Shown: positions 50,654 through 59,600 of the stretch, piece after piece
Numbering within the stretch: the stretch's first letter is position 1
How the letters are laid out: each line of letters begins with the position of its first letter
From: Gammaproteobacteria bacterium
GTDB lineage: Bacteria; Pseudomonadota; Gammaproteobacteria; Poriferisulfidales; GCA-002705445
Assembly: GCA_018675635.1 (NCBI GenBank)
Contig: JABGXU010000008.1
Location: 195,588-259,587 of the forward strand
Reading direction: 5' to 3'
Length of the DNA stretch: 64,000 bases
Position numbers and translations under genes: made by a program
Notes under the pieces: model-generated
Database searches by the model: none
The model's input: the letters and a program-made list of their open reading frames with translations, nothing else
Told to the model about the DNA's origin: nothing

Positions 50654-51242
50654 TCTTTGTTTCTTTGTTATTTAAAAGGTTGTGAATATTTGTTTTATGC
50701 TTATATATTACTACAACTGTTAAAATTAAATATACTAGCGTTATTAATAAAATTTCATAACTTAACCAAGTATATATCGGTAAAAAAGTAAATGAGACTA
50801 TAGCAGATAAAGCAGAGTACCTAAATAGGAATGCTGTTATTAACCATGTAATCATACAGATTAAGCCTAAGATTATGTCAAATCCTAGAATTGCTCCAAA
50901 AGCTGTTGCAACACCTTTACCACCTTTAAATTTGTAAAAAATAGGATATATATGCCCAAGAACTGCAATGACGCCAGCAACTTGGACATATAATTTATCT
51001 TCTATAATGTAATAAGCTATTAATACTGGTAAAAATCCTTTTAATATGTCTAATAGTAATATAAGAAGAGATAAAATTTTATTGCCAGAACGTAATATAT
51101 TTGTTGCACCAGGATTTTTTGAGCCATAATCTCTAGGATCAGGCAACTTATATATTCTTGAGAGAATTATTGAGCTATTAACAGACCCAATGATATAGCA
51201 GATGGGGAATAGTAGAATAAAAGCAATGAGAATTGTGTTCAA
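50637..51242 (-). CDS. plsY: glycerol-3-phosphate acyltransferase PlsY
   Basis: 201 aa with a TTG start. GSKNPGATN and FKGGKGVAT motifs. Overlaps the tkt start by 17 nt. Confidence 0.9.
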   Translation of the reverse strand: MNTILIAFILLFPICYIIGSVNSSIILSRIYKLPDPRDYGSKNPGATNILRSGNKILSLLILLLDILKGFLPVLIAYYIIEDKLYVQVAGVIAVLGHIYPIFYKFKGGKGVATAFGAILGFDIILGLICMITWLITAFLFRYSALSAIVSFTFLPIYTWLSYEILLITLVYLILTVVVIYKHKTNIHNLLNNKETKIGNKN

Positions 51243-51280
51243 ATGTTACCTTCTGTTATTTAAAATAATCATTATTTAAT

Positions 51281-52024
51281 ATGTTAGATTATAAAGATAA
51301 AATTAGAGAAAAATATAAAAAAATACTTTTTATTCATGGTTGGGGAGTAACAGATAAGATTTGGATAAATTTTGCTAAAAAATTTTTTTATCTCGATACT
51401 TGCCACTTTCTTAATTTATATAGTTATATTGAGGGTTCCAATGGTGATCTCAAAATTGCCGCAAAAAAGGTTCTAAATGATTACGAGGATGTAGATTTAA
51501 TAGTTTCATGGTCTTTAGGTTGTTTTCTTGCAAAGGAAATAGAGAAAATAAGTAAATCTAGCACTAAAGCAATAATTTATATTTCTTATGCACCAACATT
51601 TATGAAAAGCAAAGAATGGGATTTTGGTTTTGAAAAAAATACCATTATAAAATTGAAGAAAGAATTAAAAAACAACAAAGAAAAGGCTTTAAAAAATTTT
51701 TATTTATTAATAATTGGGCAAGTAGTTAACAAAAAAAATGTATATAAGGAAATAATATCTAATATTAATGAAATGAATTATGTAAGCTTGAAAACTTTAA
51801 ACCTTGGGTTAGATATTATACAAAATTCTAATTACAAAGATTTTGCCACAAATAAAAAAATAAAAAATCTATATATATATGGTGATGACGATAATATAAC
51901 ACCTAAAAATAATATAAAATTATTAGAGCCTTTGTCTACTGTAAAGGTTTTACCTTGTTCTTCGCATATTCCTTTTCTAAGTAATAGTGACGAATTTTTT
52001 AAAATTATAAATGAGTTTATGTAA
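51281..52024 (+). CDS. bioH: pimeloyl-[ACP] methyl ester esterase BioH-like
   Basis: 247-aa alpha/beta hydrolase. LFIHGWG, the SWSLG nucleophile elbow, C-terminal SSHIPFLS. Coupled to bioC. Confidence 0.7.
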   Translation: MLDYKDKIREKYKKILFIHGWGVTDKIWINFAKKFFYLDTCHFLNLYSYIEGSNGDLKIAAKKVLNDYEDVDLIVSWSLGCFLAKEIEKISKSSTKAIIYISYAPTFMKSKEWDFGFEKNTIIKLKKELKNNKEKALKNFYLLIIGQVVNKKNVYKEIISNINEMNYVSLKTLNLGLDIIQNSNYKDFATNKKIKNLYIYGDDDNITPKNNIKLLEPLSTVKVLPCSSHIPFLSNSDEFFKIINEFM

Positions 52025-52812
52025 TGAAAAACGAAAAAAAAATTATTTCTTCTAATTATTTGGAATCTGCAATTGTTCAAAAAGAGGTAATAAGTAGATT
52101 AATGCAAAGACTCTCTCTTATTAATATATCTCCTAGAAAGATTATAGATTTAGGAGCAGGAGTAGGACTAAGCACTGAATATTTATTAAATCAGTATAGT
52201 AAATCAGAGCTTTATATGTTGGATAATTCTTTAGCAGCCCTAAAAAATAAAATTTTTAGTAAAGGTAATGTGTTTTCAATTTGTGGTGATTTTAAAAGTA
52301 TTCCATTAGAAAGTAATACGTTTGATTTTGTTTTTTCATCTTCTGCATTACATTGGGAATTAGATATAAATTTATCTTTTAAAGAAATATATCGTATTCT
52401 AAAACCCGGAGGACTATTTTTGTTTTCAACATATGGTCCAGATACATTGATAGAACTTAGGTCGTCATGGGCACAAATTGACAACAAGAAGCACGTTAAT
52501 GATTTTTATGATATGCATGATATAGGTGATTTAATGTTAAATTTAAACTTTTTGGATACAGTTGTCGATGCTGAAAAAATAGTAATTCAATACAATAACG
52601 TAATTCAACTCCAGAAAGATCTAAAAAATATTGGTTCGAAAGTTGTGCATGATGATAATAAAAATCAAAAGTTATATGGTAATAATCGCATGTTAGCTAT
52701 GTATCAAGAATATGAAAAATTTAGAGCAAAAAATGGCAATTTACCAGCAACTTACGAAGTAATTTATGGTTCTGCCTGGAAAAAATTTGATGTTATGAAA
52801 TTAGTTGATTAA
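52024..52812 (+). CDS. bioC: malonyl-[ACP] O-methyltransferase BioC
   Basis: 262 aa. IIDLGAGVG, FDFVFSSSALHW, LKPGGLFLFST. Alignment by eye to BioC runs along the full length. Confidence 0.78.
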   Translation: MKNEKKIISSNYLESAIVQKEVISRLMQRLSLINISPRKIIDLGAGVGLSTEYLLNQYSKSELYMLDNSLAALKNKIFSKGNVFSICGDFKSIPLESNTFDFVFSSSALHWELDINLSFKEIYRILKPGGLFLFSTYGPDTLIELRSSWAQIDNKKHVNDFYDMHDIGDLMLNLNFLDTVVDAEKIVIQYNNVIQLQKDLKNIGSKVVHDDNKNQKLYGNNRMLAMYQEYEKFRAKNGNLPATYEVIYGSAWKKFDVMKLVD

Positions 52813-53540
52813 ATATTAGCAATTTCGTAAAGTTTTTTTTTGTTAAGTATAGATATTAAATTATTTTTAATCGATATAACATCTTGTTCGTAAAATTTTT
52901 TTATAAGCCTACTTATAGTTTCTTTACTTACACCTAAATAATTACCTATATCAGTTTTTGTCATTATAAGTTTATATTGGTCAGGTGCAATCCCTCTATC
53001 TATATATCTTTTAGTTAAACTAATAATAAATCGAGCAAATTTTTGTTGAGAATCACACTTTGCCATCATTAATAGCATGTCATGATCACTAGATATAACA
53101 TTGCTAATAAGATTCAGAAGTTGTTTTTGTAAATCCGGCATTTTTACGCACAAAATATTAAGATCTGTGATTGGTAATTCACAGATAGATGTTGGTTCAA
53201 GAGTAGATGCTGAACAACTATGAATCATATTATCTAGCCCATCTAAACCAAGTAGCTCGCCTGGCAAATGAAAACCAAGAATTTGTTCGTCACCATTTTT
53301 TGCTGTCGTAAAAGTTTTTATTGAACCTGATTTTACCGCAAAGATGCTACCTGAGGATTCACCTTGTTTAAAAATTGCTCTATTTTTTGATTTAATTTTT
53401 TCTGTTTTTACAATTCTATCAAGTTTTTCAAGACCTTCAATATCTAAGCATCTTGGAAGACATAAATTTTTTAAAGAACAATTTTCACAACGAACTTTAA
53501 GATCGCGAAATTTAATTTTTGTAGATGTAACATTATTCAT
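52809..53540 (-). CDS. fnr: FNR/ANR-type oxygen-sensing Crp-family transcription regulator
   Basis: 243 aa. N-terminal CENCSLKNLC (C-x2-C-x5-C) plus the SICELP Cys give all four [4Fe-4S] ligands. The ETISR recognition helix is identical to E. coli FNR. Confidence 0.9.
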   Translation of the reverse strand: MNNVTSTKIKFRDLKVRCENCSLKNLCLPRCLDIEGLEKLDRIVKTEKIKSKNRAIFKQGESSGSIFAVKSGSIKTFTTAKNGDEQILGFHLPGELLGLDGLDNMIHSCSASTLEPTSICELPITDLNILCVKMPDLQKQLLNLISNVISSDHDMLLMMAKCDSQQKFARFIISLTKRYIDRGIAPDQYKLIMTKTDIGNYLGVSKETISRLIKKFYEQDVISIKNNLISILNKKKLYEIANI

Positions 53541-53595
53541 ATCATGAATTATATAATAGTTTTAAAAATATTATATCAAAACTTTTCTTTTTAAA

Positions 53596-53609
53596 TTGAT
53601 TTATATCAA
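53596..53609. promoter_or_regulatory. FNR/ANR box
   Basis: TTGATTTATATCAA is a perfect TTGAT-N4-ATCAA. It lies in the 129-bp divergent spacer between fnr and the GST-like/AlkB-like operon. A TATATT hexamer at 53632-53637 would place the box centre near -41.5. Confidence 0.7.
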
Positions 53610-53669
53610 TAAAACCAATATGAATTTAAGTTATATTTCAAAAAATATATAAATTGAGGAAATAAGGGA

Positions 53670-54269
53670 ATGTTTTTTAAAAAGAAAAAAGAAAAAGATA
53701 AAATAAAACTATATTGTGCAGCCGAGAATCCAGGCTCTTATTCTGCCATTTTTTTATCTTCATATAGACAAATAGATATAGATGTTGAGTGGGTAGATCC
53801 AGCCGAGGGCTCAGAATATAGCGCTTTAATTGGTACGAATACCTTGCCTTCATTAATAGATGGTAAATTTGCAATATGTCGAATATTCCCTGTTTTAACA
53901 TATTTAAATATTATTGGGTCTAAACCAAAAATAGAACCAAGAAAAGCACGTATCTTGGCAAAAGAGAAATACTATATATCTTTAATAGAAAAAGTTTTAT
54001 GGGTAATTAATATTGATAGTGAAAAAGAAAAACTATTATTTTTATTAGATCAGCAGTTGGAAAAGTACAAATTTATCGCTGGTGATGAATTAACTCTAGC
54101 AGATATATATTTATTTGGATTTACTATGATTTCAAATAATGATTTAGTTAAATATAAAAATATTGGTGTTTGGTTAAAAAAAATGTTTTCACTTGTGCCT
54201 AATCAAAATACAGAGTCAATGATTGATGGTGAATTTTATAAACTTCTTAAAGAAAGGAAAATAGCATGA
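53670..54269 (+). CDS. glutathione S-transferase-like protein
   Basis: 199 aa. Thioredoxin-like N-domain (KLYCA...TLPSLIDGKFAI...VLTYL) and helical C-domain (FIAGDELTLADIYLF). The RBS GAGG..AAGGGA lies upstream. Confidence 0.6.
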   Translation: MFFKKKKEKDKIKLYCAAENPGSYSAIFLSSYRQIDIDVEWVDPAEGSEYSALIGTNTLPSLIDGKFAICRIFPVLTYLNIIGSKPKIEPRKARILAKEKYYISLIEKVLWVINIDSEKEKLLFLLDQQLEKYKFIAGDELTLADIYLFGFTMISNNDLVKYKNIGVWLKKMFSLVPNQNTESMIDGEFYKLLKERKIA

Positions 54270-55009
54270 AAGAATTATTTGATGATATTGCTATATCAGT
54301 TGATGCGTATGGAGCTGATGGAGATATGAAAAAAACGCAATATGTTCTAGATTTGATTGGTTCAGTATCAAATCCGGAAACTTACAAATGTATTTTAGCA
54401 GCTAGCGAGCAGGGAATGGAAATGAACTGTTACGCTTTAGAAAATTTAAATGACTCACAATTTGATGAAATGAAGGGCGAAACATTAGCTCTAAGAGAAT
54501 CAGATTTTATAATTAGTGGATCAGAAGCAATTGTGGCTTTTATAGATGCAAGAGGGCTAGGATATTCATTGGAGCTTAAAAACGCTCAACTTGCTGCGAT
54601 ACAAAATTATTGGGTAGATATTGCAAATGTTGCTTTCTCCGATTCTGTTTGCAAACTTATATATGGCAATGTTGGTAAACGAAAAGACAAACATACTTTA
54701 ACAAAAGATTCATTAGAAAAAATAAATTTATATTTAGATGCTCTGGATAAGCAACTTAAAAATAATAAATATATAGTTTGTAACAAATATACTTTCGCTG
54801 ATCTTCATTGGACTGCCTATATTCATTTTATATTAATTAGTGATTATGAGGATTTGATAGATAATAAAAAGAATATTCAGGATTGGCTCCAAAGAATTAA
54901 ATCAAGAAAAAGTCAATGTGGTCAAGAAATCGTTGCTTATGATAATTTGCCCAACAAAACTGATATAGAAAACAAAAAATTATCTTCTGTAAGAATAGGT
55001 GATTTTTAG
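54266..55009 (+). CDS. divergent GST-like protein with N-terminal extension
   Basis: 247 aa. A GST C-domain-like segment (LDALDKQLKNNKYIVCNKYTFADLHW). ATGA overlap with the previous GST-like gene. Confidence 0.45.
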   Translation: MKELFDDIAISVDAYGADGDMKKTQYVLDLIGSVSNPETYKCILAASEQGMEMNCYALENLNDSQFDEMKGETLALRESDFIISGSEAIVAFIDARGLGYSLELKNAQLAAIQNYWVDIANVAFSDSVCKLIYGNVGKRKDKHTLTKDSLEKINLYLDALDKQLKNNKYIVCNKYTFADLHWTAYIHFILISDYEDLIDNKKNIQDWLQRIKSRKSQCGQEIVAYDNLPNKTDIENKKLSSVRIGDF

Positions 55010-55052
55010 AAACAAGCATTAATTATTGCTAATAAAAGAGAGAAATAAATAA

Positions 55053-56240
55053 ATGAAAAAGTTTTTGATTAATATTAGATATTTTTTAACACCATTGTTA
55101 ATATTTTTAACGGCTATAAGTATAATTATTGGAGGAACATATTGTTGGCTTGGATTATCATTATTAGTTTCATCAATTCTTATTGATTGGGTATCAAGCA
55201 AATTAAGTTTTTGTAATGCACAAGCAGCTGGTACTGATGAAAATGGTGAAAACTATGGCATAGAAAGTTTGTTAAAAACTATGATGTGGTTTCAGTATCC
55301 TGTGTTTGTAGTCATACAATTAGCATTAGCATATAGAGTTTATAGCTATATAAATCATATTGATTTTGAGGTTATAAGTCTTTATGGGTTACCAATACAA
55401 ATGGGTACAACTGGAGCAGAATTAGTAGGTGCAGCTATTTCTTCTGGTATTATTCTTGGTCTTGGAATTATGTTTGGCCATGAGCTTGCTCATACAAAAG
55501 GCCCTACATTCATATTATCAAGATGGATGATGGCGCTAACTGGAATAGCGCATTTTTGTTATGCGCATGTTTATAACCACCATCTAGAACTTGGGTGTGA
55601 AGATGATCCTGCGACTGCACCTAGGGGAAGAACTATTTATTCTCATTGGTTACTTTCTCATTTTGGACAGTCAAGATTCCTTTACGTAATGGAGCAACAT
55701 CGTCTCCAGAGATTAGGAAAACCATTTTTGTCTTTTAGCAATAGATGGCTAAGAGGATATGCAATGAGTTTGCCTACTATATTTTTATTTTGGTTTATTG
55801 GAGGGTGGGTAGGATTACTTATAATGTTGATAACATGGATTATTTCTTCATTTGAATTAGAGGTTTTAAATTATTTAGAGCACTATGGATTAATTAGAGA
55901 GACAGGTTCTCCAATTGACTATAGGCATTCTTGGGATGTTCACAGCTCTCCTTGGACTCAATGGGGTTTTATAGAAATTGGTTTACAGGCCGATCATCAT
56001 GATAGAGGTGAAACTCACTTCTGGGAATTAAATAAATGTGATGCACCTGATACTGGTCTAGGTTATTACGCCATGTTATCAATGATAATAGTGCCGCCAG
56101 TTTGGGAATCTTTTATAAAACCACATCTAGCAAAATGGGACGAAGAAAGAGCTTCTGAGGGCGAGAAAATTATTGCAGGAAAGATGAATTACAAAGCAGG
56201 TTGGACAGACATGCCGTTATGCGAAGGGAGTGAAAAATGA
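55053..56240 (+). CDS. AlkB-type integral-membrane di-iron hydroxylase (alkane 1-monooxygenase family), divergent
   Basis: 395 aa. GHELAHTKG (His box 1), AHVYNHH (box 2), DPATAP, NYLEHYGL (AlkB HYG motif), HSWDV, and LQADHH (a shortened box 3). Confidence 0.7.
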   Translation: MKKFLINIRYFLTPLLIFLTAISIIIGGTYCWLGLSLLVSSILIDWVSSKLSFCNAQAAGTDENGENYGIESLLKTMMWFQYPVFVVIQLALAYRVYSYINHIDFEVISLYGLPIQMGTTGAELVGAAISSGIILGLGIMFGHELAHTKGPTFILSRWMMALTGIAHFCYAHVYNHHLELGCEDDPATAPRGRTIYSHWLLSHFGQSRFLYVMEQHRLQRLGKPFLSFSNRWLRGYAMSLPTIFLFWFIGGWVGLLIMLITWIISSFELEVLNYLEHYGLIRETGSPIDYRHSWDVHSSPWTQWGFIEIGLQADHHDRGETHFWELNKCDAPDTGLGYYAMLSMIIVPPVWESFIKPHLAKWDEERASEGEKIIAGKMNYKAGWTDMPLCEGSEK

Positions 56241-56443
56241 GAGTAAAAATTGCTTTATTTGTAATATTAATATTTACATATTCAATATATTATTTGTTAG
56301 AAAGTATAGGAGTGAATGAGCATCATGATGACCTTGTTTGGGCTTTTTTAACTTCGGTTACCTTTTTATTAACACTATTAATTGATGTTTATTTGTTTTT
56401 TGCTATAGCAAAAGAAGATGCATATAAATGGGGTATTGACTGA
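56237..56443 (+). CDS. small two-TM membrane protein coupled to the AlkB-like gene
   Basis: 68 aa with two hydrophobic helices. ATGA overlap with the AlkB-like stop. Confidence 0.45.
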   Translation: MRVKIALFVILIFTYSIYYLLESIGVNEHHDDLVWAFLTSVTFLLTLLIDVYLFFAIAKEDAYKWGID

Positions 56444-56606
56444 GTTTTTTTAAATTAGTTACTATAATATGCCAGATACATTATCCTCGAGTGATTACAT
56501 AGATATAGTAACTTTTAAAATTATTCGATTCATGTAAATTTGATATAATCTTTGTATAATTTTGTTATAGATTAATATTAAGGTTTTTTCTAATATAGTT
56601 AATAAT

Positions 56607-57083
56607 ATGATTGCAAAGAAAATCGATGGTTGTGAAGAATATATAATTAGTGGCAATAACTCATTATCTTTTCGAGACAGCGTTATATTTATATCTTTAA
56701 TAAGCTTTATTTCTTTATCTATTGCAATAGGATTCTCGTATAAAGGTTATTGGGTAATACTCCCATTTGCTGGAGTGGAGATGATTTTATTAGCAGTTAT
56801 GCTATTATATTGCTGCCATAATAATTCAATGTGCGAGAAGATTCAGATTTTTGGGGATAAAGTCAATATATCTTCAAAATATAGGAAAAATAAAGGATTT
56901 TTTGAGGTAAATAAATATTGGTCATCTATAGTTTTGAGTAAACCGAAGCTTAGAGGTCATCCTCATAGGTTGTTTATAAGATATAAAGGAAGGGAAATGG
57001 AAATCGGAGTTATGTTGGAAGACAAAGAAAGATTAAAGCTTGCAGCTATGCTAAACACTTCACTTAAAAAAAGGAATAAATAA
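56607..57083 (+). CDS. DUF2244-like membrane protein preceding cytochrome oxidase genes
   Basis: 158 aa with two adjacent TM helices followed by a soluble domain. 1-nt overlap with coxB. The position is typical of DUF2244. Confidence 0.55.
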   Translation: MIAKKIDGCEEYIISGNNSLSFRDSVIFISLISFISLSIAIGFSYKGYWVILPFAGVEMILLAVMLLYCCHNNSMCEKIQIFGDKVNISSKYRKNKGFFEVNKYWSSIVLSKPKLRGHPHRLFIRYKGREMEIGVMLEDKERLKLAAMLNTSLKKRNK

Positions 57084-57883
57084 TGCGCTATTTAAACAAA
57101 TTTTTAATTTTTGTGATGATTAATATTTCGGTATTACCTGCTCAAGCTGGCTGGCTGGATCTAAATATGCCTAAGGGCGTTACTGATATTAGTAATGAAG
57201 TTTTTGGTCTACATATGTTAATACTTTGGATTTGCGTTGTTATCGGAGTTATTGTTTTTGGAGCAATGTTTTGGTCTATATTAATGCATCGAAAATCAAA
57301 AGGAGTGACACCAGCAACTTGGCATGAAAGTACAAAATTAGAATTTATATGGACTATTGTTCCTTTTATAATTTTAATTGGAATGGCTGTTCCTGCTACC
57401 AAAACATTAATAAAGATGTACGATCATAGTGATTCTGAAATACATATTAAAATTACTGGTTATCAATGGTTGTGGCAATACGAATATTTAAATACAGGCA
57501 TTTCTTATTATAGTAAATTATCTACTCCATATAGCGAAATTTATAATAAGAAAAGCAAGAACGTTAATTATTTACAACAAGTGGACAATGAACTTGTTGT
57601 TCCAATTAATAAAAAAATAAGATTTTTGTTAACTTCTAATGATGTTTTGCATGCATGGTGGGTTCCAGACTTAGCATTAAAGAGGGATGCAATGCCAGGG
57701 TACATAAATGAGATGTCTACAATAATAAATAAACCAGGAATCTATAGAGGTAGTTGTGCTGAATTATGCGGAAGACATCATGGTTTTATGCCAATAGTTA
57801 TTAAAGCTGTTACAGAGGATGAATATGAAAAATGGTTAACTGCTAGAAAGGTTAAGACATCTGGGGTTGCCAAAATTAAATAA
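57083..57883 (+). CDS. coxB: cytochrome c oxidase subunit II
   Basis: 266 aa with two TM helices. The CuA site HAWWVP...CAELCGRHHGFM. Confidence 0.93.
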   Translation: MRYLNKFLIFVMINISVLPAQAGWLDLNMPKGVTDISNEVFGLHMLILWICVVIGVIVFGAMFWSILMHRKSKGVTPATWHESTKLEFIWTIVPFIILIGMAVPATKTLIKMYDHSDSEIHIKITGYQWLWQYEYLNTGISYYSKLSTPYSEIYNKKSKNVNYLQQVDNELVVPINKKIRFLLTSNDVLHAWWVPDLALKRDAMPGYINEMSTIINKPGIYRGSCAELCGRHHGFMPIVIKAVTEDEYEKWLTARKVKTSGVAKIK

Positions 57884-57897
57884 AAAGGAGAAATATT

Positions 57898-59469
57898 ATG
57901 AGTTCGGTTGTAAAAGATACGCATCATGATGATCATCCATCAGGTATTATGAGATGGATAAGAACTACAAACCATAAGGATATTGGAACATTATATTTAT
58001 GGTTTGCTATGATAATGTTTTTTATAGGCGGCTTCATGGCATTAATTATCCGTTCAGAACTTTTTCAACCTGGACTTCAATTTGTTGACCCTCAGTTCTT
58101 TAATTCTATGACGACAATGCACGCGCTTGTTATGCTTTTTGGAGTTGTTATGCCTGCATTTACAGGATTAGCTAACTGGTTAATTCCTATGATGGTTGGT
58201 GGCCCAGATATGGCTTTACCTAGAATGAATAATTGGAGCTTCTGGATTTTACCATTTGCATTTTCAATGCTTCTTTCAACATTATGGATGGATGGTGGTG
58301 CACCTGCTGGAGGATGGACTTTATATCCTCCATTAAGCTTACAAACAGGTGATGCGTTTCCATTTTTAATTTTTTCAATTCATTTTATGGGGCTTTCATC
58401 AATCATGGGCGCTATAAATGTTATAGCTACTATTTTAAATATGAGAGCACCAGGCATGACATTAATGAAAATGCCACTTTTTGTTTGGACTTGGTTAATT
58501 ACTGCATTCTTACTTATAGCTGTAATGCCTGTATTAGCTGGTGGAGTAACAATGCTTCTCACAGATAAGTTTTTTGGAACTAGTTTTTTTAATGCGGCTG
58601 GTGGTGGAGATCCTGTTATGTTCCAGCATATTTTTTGGTTTTTTGGCCATCCTGAAGTTTATATTTTAATTCTTCCTTCTTTCGGAGTAGTTTCCAGCAT
58701 TATTCCAACTTTTGCTCGAAAACCTTTGTTTGGATATAGCTCAATGGTCTATGCGACAGCATCTATAGCTTTCTTGTCATTTATTGTCTGGGCTCATCAT
58801 ATGTTCACAGTTGGGATTCCTCTTGCAGGGGAATTATTTTTTATGTTCGCAACCATGTTAATTGCTGTTCCTACAGGAGTTAAAGTATTTAATTGGGTGA
58901 CGACTATGTGGAAAGGAGCGATGACATTTGAAACACCAATGTTATTTGCAATAGCGTTTATAGTGATGTTTACTATCGGGGGATTTTCAGGATTAATGTT
59001 GGCTATAACTCCTGCAGACTTTCAATATCATGACACGTATTTTGTAGTTGCTCATTTTCACTATGTATTAGTTCCAGGATCTATATTTGCAATTATGGCA
59101 GCATGTTATTATTGGCTCCCTAAATGGACTGGGAATATGTACCCTGAAACTTTAGGAAAAATACATTTTTGGCTTTCAACTTTTTTTGTAAATTTAACTT
59201 TTTTCCCAATGCATTTTGTAGGACTTGCAGGAATGCCAAGAAGGATTCCGGACTATTCACTTCAATTTGCAGATTATAATATGATTGCTAGCATTGGTGC
59301 TTTTGGTTTTGGTATTGCACAAATATTATTTTTATATATTGTAATTAAGACAATTAAGGGTGGTAAAAAAGCTACAGACCAAGTTTGGGATGGCGCTGAC
59401 GGTTTGGAGTGGACATTACCTTCTCCACCTCCTTATCACTCTTTTAATACGCCGCCTGTAGTAAAATAA
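57898..59469 (+). CDS. coxA: cytochrome c oxidase subunit I
   Basis: 523 aa. TTNHKDIG, WFFGHPEVYILILP, HHMFTVG and the canonical heme-copper ligand pattern. Confidence 0.97.
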   Translation: MSSVVKDTHHDDHPSGIMRWIRTTNHKDIGTLYLWFAMIMFFIGGFMALIIRSELFQPGLQFVDPQFFNSMTTMHALVMLFGVVMPAFTGLANWLIPMMVGGPDMALPRMNNWSFWILPFAFSMLLSTLWMDGGAPAGGWTLYPPLSLQTGDAFPFLIFSIHFMGLSSIMGAINVIATILNMRAPGMTLMKMPLFVWTWLITAFLLIAVMPVLAGGVTMLLTDKFFGTSFFNAAGGGDPVMFQHIFWFFGHPEVYILILPSFGVVSSIIPTFARKPLFGYSSMVYATASIAFLSFIVWAHHMFTVGIPLAGELFFMFATMLIAVPTGVKVFNWVTTMWKGAMTFETPMLFAIAFIVMFTIGGFSGLMLAITPADFQYHDTYFVVAHFHYVLVPGSIFAIMAACYYWLPKWTGNMYPETLGKIHFWLSTFFVNLTFFPMHFVGLAGMPRRIPDYSLQFADYNMIASIGAFGFGIAQILFLYIVIKTIKGGKKATDQVWDGADGLEWTLPSPPPYHSFNTPPVVK

Positions 59470-59594
59470 TGCTAAATATGGGTCAGGAGAATTTTTTGGA
59501 AATAAAAAAGAAAATAAAAATAACAACAATAATTTTAGCTATAGTAGCTTTAACTATATATGTAAGTTTTTATTTCATTGTATCTAATAGGTAA
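59469..59594 (+). CDS. possible 41-aa single-TM micro-protein between coxA and ctaG
   Basis: Manual translation: MLNMGQENFLEIKKKIKITTIILAIVALTIYVSFYFIVSNR. TAATG overlap with the coxA stop. It fills the whole coxA-ctaG gap. Confidence 0.35.
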   Translation: MLNMGQENFLEIKKKIKITTIILAIVALTIYVSFYFIVSNR

Positions 59595-59600
59595 ATAAAA

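Noticed and set aside
56457-56513. Perfect 10-bp inverted repeat AGTTACTATA...TATAGTAACT after the AlkB-like operon, followed by TTTTAAAA
   Set aside because: It could be a terminator, but the 37-nt loop and all-weak stem are atypical. Significance in AT-rich DNA is unclear.
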